Source: an uncultured Chloroflexia bacterium
Lineage (GTDB): Bacteria; Chloroflexota; Limnocylindria; Limnocylindrales; CSP1-4
Reading direction: 5' to 3'
NCBI GenBank assembly: GCA_963768655.1
Contig: CAVYIM010000005.1
Span: 256,001-320,000 of the forward strand
Length of the DNA stretch: 64,000 bases
Each line of letters starts with the position of its first letter. Positions within the stretch are counted from its first letter, which is position 1. The position numbers and the translations under genes are program-made. Of this stretch, positions 8,829 through 19,193 are shown piece by piece. The notes under the pieces are model-generated. The model did not search any database. It was not told the DNA's origin and saw nothing but the letters and a program-made list of their open reading frames with translations.

Positions 8829-9319
8829 CGCGACCCAACCAGATCCCAATCCCTCGTCCGAAGCGCGTGAGTGCGGGAAGCCCGAAGAGTCTTCGGCTCC
8901 GCCCCTCGAGTCGCACGCGCTTGTTCGCCTTATCCCACGGCCCGCTCACCCATTGCGTGATGCGATGCGGCGCGCCCGTGGAAGCATGCGGCCATGCGGA
9001 ACCGGTGAGGGCCGGGCGTTCGATCCGGCGCCGGCCCGACGCCTTCGCGGGGATCGACCGCAATACACGCTGCTGTCGGTCGGCGGATCCTGCGCCGGCC
9101 CGGCTACGAGGTCCTCGTCGCCAGGAGCCTTAAGGAAAACCAGCGGCCCTCGCCTCCGGCTCCTGGGACGCCGCCATCATCGACCGCAACGCCGTCGTCG
9201 CGCCGGGGGTCTCGGCCCGGATGGGAGCCCGCCGGCGGATCCGCCGCGCGGCAGCTCTTTGTATCGGAACGTGCTGACCGCGGTCGAGACATACCGAACG
9301 CCCGCTGCGCTCCCCTTCG

Positions 9320-9680
9320 CGCGGCCGGCGGTCGCGCTCGTCGAAGACGAGCCGATAATCGGCCGGCTCGTCGAAGTCGATCTCGGGCAGGCGGGCCTAG
9401 AGTGCCGCAGCTTCACCGACCAGAGACTGCTCGCGGCCTGCGCCAACGCTGTCGTCGACGTGGAGTTCGTGCATCCCCGGGCCGGACAGATCAGCGCTCA
9501 GAGGCCGCGGCGGCCATCGCGCCCTGCCGGGCTACGGGAACATCGGCTCGGCCTGGTGGCCGGCGGCTCGCCTTCGGCTGCCGCGGCGGACTTCGACTGC
9601 ATCCTCGCGAGCCCTTCATCGAGGAGGGCCTACTGGCGGCGGTCACGGAGAGCGCTGACCGCTGCGGCTGGTTGGCCATC
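9320..9680 (+). pseudogene. Degraded response-regulator receiver domain
   Basis: VALVEDEPIIGRLVEVDLGQAGLECRSF...; later DFDCIL-x-PFIEEGLLAAV spanning a frame change. Confidence 0.5.
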
Positions 9681-10331
9681 AGAAGGGGCGCTGGGCCTTG
9701 CTCGGTCGGTCGGCGGAAAATCGTGCCCAGGAAGGCCATCGAGAGGCCCCGCCAGAGGAGACTTGCTCGGGCCCGCGTCGAGGGCTGGGGTCGCGCTTCG
9801 TTCGTTCGAGCCCCGACGTGACTGAACAGGAACCCGTAAAGTGCACGCCGCTGACGATGCCCGCGAGGCCCGCTACTCCGGCGCGACCTTTGACCCCACC
9901 GGCGTCATGATGACCGCCCACAAGTTCGCCCAACACTTGACCCTCGCGAGGCAAAGGCGCTCCAGGACGAGGCGTCCCGGCGGGCGTCATGTTGCTCGTC
10001 TACCAGGAGCAGGACCCCGCCACACCAAGCCCGAGGCACTGCCGGACCGCTAGGTCCTTTTCCCCTGTACGGAAAACTCGTTCGTGCAGCCACGACCGCC
10101 ACAGGGCCGCCGAGCGCCCCCCGACCGTTGGCGACGGGCATGAACGCCGAGCCGTTAAGCCACGTCTTCGAGCCGTACTCCACGGGCGCGGGCCTCGGAC
10201 TAGCGACGTCTAGGCATATAAGCCAGCCTGAGGGAGATCGCGGCCGCCAGTGAGCCAGGCCTCGGAACGACCTTCACCGTCAGGCTGCCGGGGGTCGCCA
10301 GTACGACCAGCGACGAAGCTGGGCCACAGCA

Positions 10332-10627
10332 CTACGAGAACAAGAGCCGGTGGCGCCAGATAGCACGGCGGGTGCCAGCCGAGTAGCGGTGCGATCCCGG
10401 CGGGGTGGTCACGTGGACGATGGGCGGCTCGGGCCAGCGGCACCAGCCACTGCCTGGGCGGTGCGGCGATACGCGGCGCAATGGCAAGGGATCGCGCGGG
10501 TGCGCTCTGACCCGCGGCGCCGGGGCCGGGCGCGGTTGTGACATCTGCAGAACTGCCCGGGCACGCCCCACATGGCCCATCCCTGGCACGGTTGTCCATC
10601 CTGTCGGGTACCCAGACAGCGACGCAT
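10332..10627 (-). CDS. Cys/His-rich small phage-type protein (HGGxSTG-like Zn finger), frameshifted
   Basis: MRRCLGTRQDGQPCQGWAMWG..QFCRCH...PCHCAAY / PHRPGSGWCRWPEPP across two frames. Confidence 0.5.
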
Positions 10628-10865
10628 CACCCGCGCCCTAGCGCTGTACATGGACCCCTCCTGTGGGGGCCACGCTGTGTCGGGATTGCCGGATTCCGCC
10701 GATCGTGAGCCCGATGGTGACGGCCGTCGCGATCGCATGTGGAGCCTGTGCGGCCTCACGGTCCGCGCCGGTGAGCCGGCGGCCGCAGATCCGACCGCTC
10801 AGAGGCAGCCCTCTCCTCGCGCCCCACATCGCGCGGCGAGGCTACTGCACAGCGGATCGAGTACT

Positions 10866-11218
10866 TCACGGCTCGGCCTCCAACGTGATCGCCCCGGCAG
10901 CGACGCAGAGACGGCACCGGTATCGGTCGGCCGGCCTGAGAGATGTGCCAGATGAGGCAGCGACCCGACCCCAGCGGCGCTCCTTGCCTCGCGAACAGCA
11001 GCGGGATCATCCCGTCGTGCGACGCCTGGGCCTGCATGGCACGAACGCGCCAGGCGATCTCATGCTCGTCCGCCAGGGCCTGCAGAACACGCTGCTTCTG
11101 CCAGAGGATAGCGGGCACGGGCTCAGGGCGCGGGGCCCCTGGACGACCAGGGTTCCCCCTTGACGCTCACCGTCAGGCCGGCCAGGCGCGCCTGGAGAAG
11201 TAGGATCATGCCGTCCAC
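10866..11218 (-). CDS. Small protein downstream of the primase (TubC-N-like start, C-terminal Cys motif), frameshifted
   Basis: MILLLQARLAGLTVSVKG.../..QKQRVLQALADEHEIAWRVRAM.../RYRCRLCVAA across three frames. Confidence 0.4.
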
Positions 11219-11255
11219 GTCGATACCATCGCCGGCCGGCTCGGGCGGCGGGCGG

Positions 11256-13388
11256 TCACCCAGCTGCCCACTGGGGATCGCAGGCCGCTTCGAGGGCAAT
11301 CGCCTCGATGTCGGATTCCGCTTTTGCGGGACCTCGTGCATCCCCATCGTCGGCCGTGCAAACCTGCAAACTCTCAGTCGTCGGCAGGATCGGCGCATCG
11401 TCGGGCACCGCGTCGCCCAGCACCAGCCTAGCCGGCCTTCGAGGCCGATCCTCCAAGTTGCGCAGGTAGCCGCGCCGCAAGCAGACCTGAACCCGCCGCC
11501 AGACGGCCGACTGGTCGAGATGGAGGTGCGCGGCCACCGCGGTGACGGTGACCTCGCCGCCTCCCCCGCCCAGCCGGGACACGGCCTCGACGGTCTCTCG
11601 GACAGTCGGGCGACCGTCGCGCCGGCAGCGTCCGAGACCAGATCAGCAATGAGGTCCCGCACGACTCGGTAGTCGTCCAGCGTGGCGACAATCCGTCCGG
11701 AGGCATCGCGCTGCCGTGACGCCTGATGTAGAAGCGCATGGGCTCGGATCAGGTTGAGCACGGTGCCAAAGTCCGCCGGATGCGCACCGCAACGGCCGGC
11801 ACCTCGGCGGCGAGGGTTTTGGCATACGGGATCGTCACGCGAGCGTCGGTTGAGGCAAGCCAGACCTGTAGGCCCTGCCAGGGTTCGAGATCCGGCACTG
11901 GACGATCCTCCTCAGCCAGGGCCGCCAGCACTGCACGAGTCTGCTCGGCGCTATCGGTCACCGTTATCGAGAGGAGTCTGGTCTCGTTCTCTGGGTGCAA
12001 GCTGACCGCAGTCGTGGTCACGATGAGCCCGGTCGGCCCCTCGCGCTCGATCAGCTTGGGAACGAGACCCTCGGGCGTCTTCTCCACCGTCTCGTAGCGG
12101 ACGCGACCCTCCGACAGCAGGGAGCGCACCAGGTAGCTGGCGAAGTCGCCCGAGAGCCCCGCCGCCTCGTACAGGACAAGGTGGCGGTGCGAAAGGGGCT
12201 CGGTACCGTAGGCGAGGGCCCGCTCGCTCATCGCGGTCAAGGCGTAGTACGAGTCTCCGGGGAAGTAGCGAAGAACCTGCTCTACGACATGCGATTTGCC
12301 GCCGGCGCTCGGGCCCTTCAGAGCGATCGATACCGGCCGAGGCAGCAGGCGACTGACCAGCGCCAGGAACACTATCTTGACAGTCCGCTGCTCTCCGGCG
12401 ACCGAGGCGGAGATGCTCTCCCCGAACCGATCGAGGATGCGGGGGGCCGTCGCGATCGGCTCGCATAGCCGCCAGGCTACGGCCGCCTGGTCGACATGCT
12501 CGGCGGCCTCGACCTGGGCGAACGGCACAGCGGCTTCCACAGCTGCCTGCCAGCGCTCCCGAAATGGGACGGATCGGATAGGTAGAACTCACTCGCATCC
12601 TTGGCTCCTTCCAGGTAGACCAGGCGCACCCGATCTCGGATGCTCGACTTGGCGAGCCAGCCAAGGACAGCCCGACCACCGTCGTCGGGCTCGACGACGA
12701 CGTGTATCTCGGCGACGCCGTCGAGATCGCGGGCCCAAGTCTCCCGCCAGCTGTTCGCCCCCGGCAAGCCCACTGCGGCGAAACCTGCGTGCCAGAGCGT
12801 GTGGCAGTCTGACTCGCCCTCGACCAGCGCCACCGGGTCGCGTAGGGCTGCAAGTGCGCCCCGTCGAGTCGGCCGGCCGAGACGATCGAGCCCATAGAGA
12901 AGCGGCTTGGAACCGTGGCGCCAGCGGAAGCGGTCCGGGCCCTCGACGCTTATGCGGTAGCGGACCGACACCTCGGCCCCGTCTGCGTCGTGGTAGGGAA
13001 TGCGAACGGCCGGCGCCCCGCCCTTGGCCGGCCAGGTCGCGTCGGAGACGCCGAGCGATCTAAGCCATGCCTCGTCGAGCCCCTTGGCATCCGCGTAGGC
13101 GCGAAGTGTGCAGCCGACCGGATGTGTTTGCGCGTTTGCAAGGTCAGGCGAGGGGCTCTGGCTCTCGCCCGTGGTCGAGGGGAAGAGGCTGGCCATCGTC
13201 ATGCCGACAGCATCGACCACAGCCTCCTGCGTGCAGCCGGCGTGGCAGAACAGAAGCGTTCGCCCGTCGTCCCCCAGACTGATAGAGAGCGATGGCGAGC
13301 GATCCTCATGAGCCGGGCAGAGACTGCGCCATCCGGAGCCGCAGCGGTGCACGCCGGAGAGCCTGCCAAGAATCTCGGGCGCGTTCAT
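11256..13388 (-). CDS. Primase-helicase: CHC2-like Zn finger + Toprim + P-loop ATPase + C-terminal wHTH; about 3 frameshifts
   Basis: CPAHEDRSPSLSI...LFCHAGC; LVEGESD...EPDDGG (Toprim); LKGPSAGGKS (Walker A), LVLYEA; AHLHLDQSAVWRRV (HTH). Pieces lie in ORFs 12477-13388, 11749-12540, 11123-11761 and 11256-11582. Confidence 0.8.
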
Positions 13389-13663
13389 GGCTCGACCTGG
13401 CCGAAACGCCCGTCGTCCGCCCGTCGAGACCGAGCGCGGCTCGCCTTGAGAGCGAGCGATGCCATGTGACTCCGCCGAGCCGCGGCAGCCCGCTTGGCTC
13501 TCTCCCCTGGCGGGAGTTTGCCTTCCGGGTCTACCTGCCGCTCAAAACGTGCCAGAAACGCCCGCGTGGCGGCGGCCGTTGACGTACCGCCTTGGGCGTG
13601 AAGTGCATAGGCGGCGCAGCGAGCGCGGAGGCTGCGTTGCTGGGGTGTAAGAGAAGACGCCAC
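13385..13663 (-). CDS. Small basic protein of mobile elements/phages, coupled to the primase
   Basis: RAFLARFERQVDPEGKLPPGERAKRAAAARR.HMASLALKASRAR, a motif I recall from high-GC phage/IME proteins; stop overlaps the primase ATG. Confidence 0.65.
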   Translation of the reverse strand: MASSLTPQQRSLRARCAAYALHAQGGTSTAAATRAFLARFERQVDPEGKLPPGERAKRAAAARRSHMASLALKASRARSRRADDGRFGQVEP

Positions 13664-13759
13664 CGAGGTAACCCTTTCTCGGCACCCCTGCCGGGGGTCG
13701 AGTATCGGGATCGGTGGCGCCCAAACGGCGGCGATCTGCCCGCAAACTCTTGCTCCGGA

Positions 13760-13768
13760 ATCATAGCA
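13760..13768 (-). promoter_or_regulatory. Extended -10 promoter candidate for the replication operon
   Basis: TGCTATGAT on the minus strand about 100 bp upstream of 13663. Confidence 0.45.
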
Positions 13769-14090
13769 CGTCGCACGGACGGCGGATCAGGCGGCCACTC
13801 GCTCGCATTGCTTAGGTAAGCACGGACTGAAGCTTCCTGCCCGAGGAACTCTCCCAGGAGGCCACCCTCGAAGGCCGGCCCGGACTGGGCCACGCCCGCG
13901 CAGACGCGACGACCGGACGCCAACAACGTCCGACGGACATGGGCAAACCAAGGACCGACGGGAGCGGAAGTCTTAGGAGGCGGGGTAGCGGTAGGTCCGG
14001 CCGAGAAACGATGCTAAGGCTGCTACACCCTAAGTCCTGCTCGGCCGGCCTGATGCCGAGGGGTCGGGCGAAGCCGACGGACTGCATCCC

Positions 14091-14654
14091 TCATGGTTTC
14101 TGCTCATGCCGGCTGACGCCCAGGCGTTCCCACAGCTTCGCCATCGCCTGCTCGTGGGCCTCGCGTTCCTCTGCCTTCCGGCCCTCCAAGGCGCGCTCCG
14201 AAACGAGTTCGTCCCGCGCATCCGGACCGGCCTGCGCGAGGTCTTCATCTCCCCAAACGTCCAAGCGTGCCTCATTCCCGCACCTACAGACCACCACACA
14301 TGGCAGGCGGACCTTCCTCCCTGTCTCTGGCCTGAAGCCACTGTTGCCCGGCCCATAAGCGGGCAGACCACTCGGGTGCTTGCGCTTGCGGTTCACAAGG
14401 CCGGGGGCGAGACGAACAATCGCGCCGATCGTTTCCTGCCACGACTCGTACGAGTCGTCCTCCTGCTCGTCGTCGCCGGGGTCTAGGATGGGCCCCGTCC
14501 GTTGGACGGCTCGGTCGCCGTCTGCTCGGATCGACGCCAGACGATAGGTCGCGAGCACGGCGTCGCATCGACGGCAGCGGAACTCGGCCGTAATTGGCCG
14601 CTCGATAGCGTCCCGTTCCCGGGTGTGAGGGGCGAGCGGTGGAGGCAGTTTCAC
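14091..14654 (-). CDS. Hypothetical Zn-ribbon protein coupled to the integrase
   Basis: [10 protein letters not shown]...[11 protein letters not shown]; GTG overlaps the integrase stop. Confidence 0.55.
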   Translation of the reverse strand: MKLPPPLAPHTRERDAIERPITAEFRCRRCDAVLATYRLASIRADGDRAVQRTGPILDPGDDEQEDDSYESWQETIGAIVRLAPGLVNRKRKHPSGLPAYGPGNSGFRPETGRKVRLPCVVVCRCGNEARLDVWGDEDLAQAGPDARDELVSERALEGRKAEEREAHEQAMAKLWERLGVSRHEQKP

Positions 14655-15564
14655 AGCCGATCTGCCGGGCTGAGCTTTCGATGAGCCGCCCGGGCCCGCT
14701 CGTCCGCCGCGCTCGCGGCGTAGCGATTGAGCATCGTCCGGCTGCGCCATCCTGTCACGCGCATAAGGTCGCCTTCGAGCCCGCCCTGAGCCAGCCATTC
14801 GTGGGCGAACGTGTGGCGGAGTTGGTGGACGTGGAACCCCTTGAGCCTGCTACCGCTGCTCGCCGCTTGAGGGCCTGCACGATACCCCGAGCCTCCAGCC
14901 GGCCCTGCTTGCCGAGCCAAAGCCATTCGCTCCTGGCATCGCGGTGGCGCGCCCGAGCACGGAGGTAGCGATTGAGGGCCCGGGCGACGTTCGCTCCGAA
15001 GGGCAGGGCTCGTCGCGAGCCGCCCTTGCCCACGACGATCGGCGACATCCTGCGTCATGTCGAGGTCGTCGACTTCAGGTTGGCGATCTCCGACAGCCGA
15101 CCGCCGGTGTCGTAGTAGAAGAGCAGCAGCGCCATGTCCCGGCGATCGTCGAAGTCGGTTCCCGCGCACGCCTTGACCATGGCCGCGATATGGTCGTGAT
15201 CGATCACCGGAACCGGGTCGACGGGGACGACCGGGCGCGTGCATCTTCGCCATCGGCGAGGTGCTGATCTCACCCTCATCAACCATGTAGTTGAAGAACA
15301 CCCGGAGGCGACGGAACCGTAGGGCCACCGTCGCGGCCGGACGCCCACGGTTCGGACGAGGTCGAGTAGATAAGCCTCGATGTGCTCGCGGCGGATCGCG
15401 GAGGCGTGGCGCGGCATCCCGGCCGCACGAGGAAGTCGCCGAGCTGGCGGAGGCTGTCGACGTAGCTCTCGATAGTCCGCGGGCTCTTGTGCTCGGCCTG
15501 AAGATGAGTGCTCCGGGGCCCAACTTCGGCCCGAATGTCCCCAAAGACGCGTCTCGACAGCCAT
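14651..15564 (-). CDS. Tyrosine recombinase/integrase (several frameshifts)
   Basis: DTGGRLSEI (R), GKGG (K), [23 protein letters not shown] (Y); adjacent to the tRNA 3' end. Confidence 0.88.
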
Positions 15565-15585
15565 CCTAACCCCTTTGGAACCAGT

Positions 15586-15649
15586 CCAGTAAGGGGATTA
15601 TACTACCGGCGTGCTAACCACCTTCAGGGCAGACTTCGCCAGTAAGGGG
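15586..15649. promoter_or_regulatory. Two 11-bp direct repeats CCAGTAAGGGG (putative integrase arm sites) around a TATAAT -10 box (15597-15602, minus strand)
   Basis: Exact repeats at 15586-15596 and 15639-15649. Confidence 0.55.
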
Positions 15650-15675
15650 CTCTATCTGAGCGTAAGTTGAGGGGT

Positions 15676-15750
15676 TGGCTGGCGAGGAAGGATTCGAACC
15701 TTCAATCCCCTGATCCAGAGTCAGGTGCCTTACCGTTAGGCCACTCGCCA
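15676..15750 (-). tRNA. tRNA-Gln (anticodon CTG)
   Basis: TGGCGAG acceptor stem, anticodon arm CCTGA-CTCTGGA-TCAGG, T-arm GGTTCGAATCC, encoded CCA. Confidence 0.97.
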
Positions 15751-15810
15751 GCGGAGCCGCCAGAATACCGGATTCCGGCGACGAGCGGCGCGTCGAGCGC
15801 GCCGGGCCTG

Positions 15811-16008
15811 CGGCCGGCGGCTCCCCTGCCCGCGCGGCCGGCGGCTCCCCTACCTCGCGCGGGCGTCGGCTCCCCTGCGCGCGCGGGCGTCGGCTCCCCT
15901 GCGCGCGCGGCCGGCGGCTCCCCTAACCCGCGCGGCCGGCGGCTCCCCTAACCCGCGCGGCCGGCGGCTCCCTTACCCCGCGCGGCCGGCGGCTCCCCTA
16001 ACCCGCGC
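15811..16008. repeat. 8 copies of a 24-25 bp tandem repeat (CGGCCGGCGGCTCCCCTAACCCGCG variants)
   Basis: Read directly; no unique spacers; last copy overlaps the deaminase stop codon. Confidence 0.9.
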
Positions 16009-17041
16009 GGGCCGTTGCCGCCGCCAGTTCGGCCTGGAGCGCGGACTTGCGCTCCGCGGTGGCGAACGAGCCGTCGATGGCGTTGGCCGCGAGGCGCCGG
16101 AGATCGGTCGGCGTGAGCGCGAGCGCCGCGGTGATGGCGCGGTAGTTGTCGCCGATGTAGCCGCCGAAGTAGGCGGGGTCGTCCGAGTTGATCGTGACCG
16201 CGACGCCGGCCTCCAGCAGCGTCCGGATCGGCGAGCTCGACATCGTCGGGAAGATCTTCAGACGGACGTTCGAATTCGGGCAGGCCGTCAGGGTGACGCC
16301 CGACTCGGCCAGGCGGCCCATCAACGCCGGGTCGTCCGCGGCCCGAACGCCGTGGTCGATCCGCGACACGCCCAGGCAGTCGAGCGTTCGCGCGACCAGC
16401 GACGCATCGCCCTCTTCGCCGGCGTGGGCGACCGCGCGCAGCCCCCGCGCCCGCGCCCGCGCAAACACACCGGCGAACGGTTCGGGCGGAAAGCCGACCT
16501 CGCTCGAGTCCAGGCCAACGGCCACGATCCGGTCCAACCACGGCTCGGCGGCCGCGAGAGTCGCGCCGGCCGCGTCCACCGGCAGATGCCGCACGAACGA
16601 GAGGATCAGGCCGCTCGTGATGCCGTACTCGCGCTCGCCGTCGGCCAGGCCGTCGAGGATGCCGCCAACCACCTCCCCTATCGGGATGCCGCGGTCCGTG
16701 TGCGTCTGGGGATCGAAGAATGGCTCGACGTGGCGGACGCCGTCCGCGTGGGCGCGCGCCAGGTACGCCCGGGTCAGGTCGCGGAAGTCGCCGCGGGTGA
16801 CGAGCACCGAACAGGCCGCGTAGTAGATATCGAGGAACGACTGCAGGTCGGCGAAGTCGTAGGCGGCCCGCATCTCCTCGACCGAGGAAACCGGGAGCGC
16901 GACGCCGTTGCGGGCAGCCAGCCGGAAGGCCAGATCGGGCTCGAGCGTGCCCTCGAGGTGGACGTGCAGCTCGACTTTGGGCAGGCGGTCGATCAGATGG
17001 GCGAGCTCTGGATCGAGTCCAGCAACGGCGTCCGACTGCAC
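15998..17041 (-). CDS. add: Adenosine/adenine deaminase
   Basis: LPKVELHVHLEG, AHAGEEG, RIDHGV, INSDDPAYFGG; start uncertain. Confidence 0.92.
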   Translation of the reverse strand: MQSDAVAGLDPELAHLIDRLPKVELHVHLEGTLEPDLAFRLAARNGVALPVSSVEEMRAAYDFADLQSFLDIYYAACSVLVTRGDFRDLTRAYLARAHADGVRHVEPFFDPQTHTDRGIPIGEVVGGILDGLADGEREYGITSGLILSFVRHLPVDAAGATLAAAEPWLDRIVAVGLDSSEVGFPPEPFAGVFARARARGLRAVAHAGEEGDASLVARTLDCLGVSRIDHGVRAADDPALMGRLAESGVTLTACPNSNVRLKIFPTMSSSPIRTLLEAGVAVTINSDDPAYFGGYIGDNYRAITAALALTPTDLRRLAANAIDGSFATAERKSALQAELAAATARAG

Positions 17042-17253
17042 TTTGCGGCGTACCTCCACGGCCGTCAATTCGACACGAGCGGCGACGCGGGAGGACGCTC
17101 GGCCGAGCGGGCGGCCGGCCCGCGAGTTGTGGGCCAGTCTAGCGAGTCGGGCGCGTTCCGGTGCCCGGGTCCTGAGGCCCGCCTGGCGAGCCGCCCTCGA
17201 CACCGGCCGGGCCGGGCACGAGGCTGCGCCATGTCCGCTTCGAGGAGACACGA

Positions 17254-18213
17254 ATGGCGCAGGCGACAATTCCAGACGCATATTCACCACCCGACATCGA
17301 CGCCAACCGGGCGGGTCGGCTGACCGACAGCCAGCGCCGCTACCTTCGGTCGGCGGCGCGCTCGTTCTCCAGGGGAATGCTGTCGGGGGCTCTCATCGCC
17401 GCCGTGATCGGCGTTCTCGTGGCGACCTCGAACGGACCCACGCCGAACGCCTGGACTCGGCCGGCTCTTACCGCCGCCTTCTTCGCCGGCGCGCTCGTGT
17501 GCCTGTTCCTGGCCGTGCGCCCCAACCCGGAGGCCGCCGATGCCTCGGGCGGACGCGTCGCGCCGGTGGAGGGCGCGATCGGCAATAGAAGCTGGAGCAC
17601 CTCGAGCCGGGGCTCGAGCTCCACGACGTATCAGCTGGAGGTCGGCGAGCAGCGATACAGCGTCGGGGGCGCCCTCTACCATGCCGCGCCCGACTCCGGT
17701 TGGGTCCGTCTCTACGTCACGCCTCGAACACACAAGGTCGTGAACTTCGAGCGGCTCCCGGACAAGGCCGTGCCCGACGTCGCCAGCGCGACGCCGGCGG
17801 CGCTGCTGGGACAACTTGGGTCGGCGTTCGGCTCGCACGATCAGCAGACCAGGAACGAGGCCCGAGCCGAGATGGAGGCGATGGGCCGCTCGCTCAAGGC
17901 CCAGATGAACGTTACTGACACCCCCGCGACGCCGCCGGCGGCGAGCGAGCGCGATCCCCGGCCGCTGGCCCAGGCGATCCTGGGCAAGTGGCAGATGGGC
18001 CCGATGTCGGTGACGTTCATGCCCGACGGCACGATGGTCGCCACGTTCCTCGGCGGCCAGCAGAGGCAGGGGCACTGGTCCATCGGGCCGGACGGCAAGC
18101 TCACCGCCGACGCCGCCGGATCGGGCGGAGCCGCCGACGCGTGGATCGCGGGCGACACGCTGACCATCTCGCAGGAGGGCGGGGCCGCGGCCTTCCATCG
18201 CGCCGCCAATTAG
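17254..18213 (+). CDS. Hypothetical membrane protein (2 TM plus C-terminal beta domain)
   Basis: GAGGAG RBS; two hydrophobic segments; typical codon usage. Confidence 0.7.
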   Translation: MAQATIPDAYSPPDIDANRAGRLTDSQRRYLRSAARSFSRGMLSGALIAAVIGVLVATSNGPTPNAWTRPALTAAFFAGALVCLFLAVRPNPEAADASGGRVAPVEGAIGNRSWSTSSRGSSSTTYQLEVGEQRYSVGGALYHAAPDSGWVRLYVTPRTHKVVNFERLPDKAVPDVASATPAALLGQLGSAFGSHDQQTRNEARAEMEAMGRSLKAQMNVTDTPATPPAASERDPRPLAQAILGKWQMGPMSVTFMPDGTMVATFLGGQQRQGHWSIGPDGKLTADAAGSGGAADAWIAGDTLTISQEGGAAAFHRAAN

Positions 18214-19193
18214 CCGGCGGTGACGACGACCTTGCCGCGGGCGTGGTGCTGTTCGAGGTAGCGCATGGCCGCGGGCGCCTCGGCCAGCGGGTATGTTCGG
18301 TCGACGATGGGCTTGATCTTGCCGGCCTCGATGAGATCCCGCAGGTAGGCCAGGTCCCCGGCCTTCATCGTGGCCATCACCGTCGCCAGCCTCTGGCTCA
18401 TGAGGGGTGACTCCAATGTGGCCAGGGCCAGCTGCGCCATGGGCCCCAGCAGCCGGCCACCTCCGCCCCCGACGATGACCAGGGTGCCCCTGGCCGTGAG
18501 CGCCCGCCTGAAGTCGCGCAACGACCGGTTTCCGACCGTGTCCACCACCATGTCGTAGCGCTGGTCGGCCCGTGTGAAATCCTGCGTCGTGTAGTCGACG
18601 ACGTGGTCGGCGCCGATGGATCGGACCAGCTCCACGTTGCCGACGCTGCAGACGCCGGTGACCTCGCCGGCGCCGAGCGCCTTCGCAATCTGCACGGCGA
18701 ACGTCCCGACCCCTCCGGACGCCCCGTTGACGAGCACCTTCTGCCCGGGCTGAAGGCGGCCGACGTCGCGCAGGCTCTGCAACGCTGTCACGCCGGCCAT
18801 CGGCACGGCTGCGGTTTCCTCGAAGGTCAGGTTGGCTGGCTTCGATGCCAGCGCCTTCTCCGGGATGGCAACGTACTCGGCGCACGCTCCCGGTCCTTTG
18901 GTCCCGTAGACCTCGTCCCCGACCTTGAACCCCGTCACGTTCTTGCCCACCGCCTCGACGACCCCGGCGACGTCGGAGCCCAGGATGGTCGGCCGCCGCG
19001 GCTTGCGGATGCCTGCGCCCATCATCGGACGGAACAGCAGGGGTTCGCCGCGCATGAAGTGCCAGTCATACGGATTGAGGGCGACGGCGCGGATCCGGAC
19101 CAGTACCTGGTCCTCCCCGGCAATCGGCCGGTCAACTTCAGCAAGCTCCAGGACATCCGGCGAGCCGAACCGCCGATAGACGATCGCCTTCAT
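18210..19193 (-). CDS. NAD(P)-dependent MDR/quinone oxidoreductase-like dehydrogenase
   Basis: MKAIVYRRFGSPDVL...LGSDVAGVV...VLVNGASGGVG...RGKVVV. Confidence 0.92.
   Translation of the reverse strand: MKAIVYRRFGSPDVLELAEVDRPIAGEDQVLVRIRAVALNPYDWHFMRGEPLLFRPMMGAGIRKPRRPTILGSDVAGVVEAVGKNVTGFKVGDEVYGTKGPGACAEYVAIPEKALASKPANLTFEETAAVPMAGVTALQSLRDVGRLQPGQKVLVNGASGGVGTFAVQIAKALGAGEVTGVCSVGNVELVRSIGADHVVDYTTQDFTRADQRYDMVVDTVGNRSLRDFRRALTARGTLVIVGGGGGRLLGPMAQLALATLESPLMSQRLATVMATMKAGDLAYLRDLIEAGKIKPIVDRTYPLAEAPAAMRYLEQHHARGKVVVTAG

Larger units (their letters stand above)
6600..15675 (-). mobile_element. tRNA-Gln-integrated satellite/IME-like element (left boundary not identified; island may extend past position 1)
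   Basis: Integrase beside the tRNA 3' end, primase-helicase module, decayed cargo; no att repeat found in the window. Confidence 0.65.

Noticed and set aside
9010-9040. GTTCGATCC T-loop-like motif suggesting a tRNA remnant
   Set aside because: No proper T-stem, D-arm or anticodon arm
14050-14080. Hammerhead or HDV-like ribozyme in the element's non-coding gap
   Set aside because: CTGATGC lacks the CUGAnGA/GAAA core, and HDV P3/P1.1 elements were not found
15811-16008. Possible CRISPR array
   Set aside because: Units are contiguous with no unique spacers, and no cas genes are present
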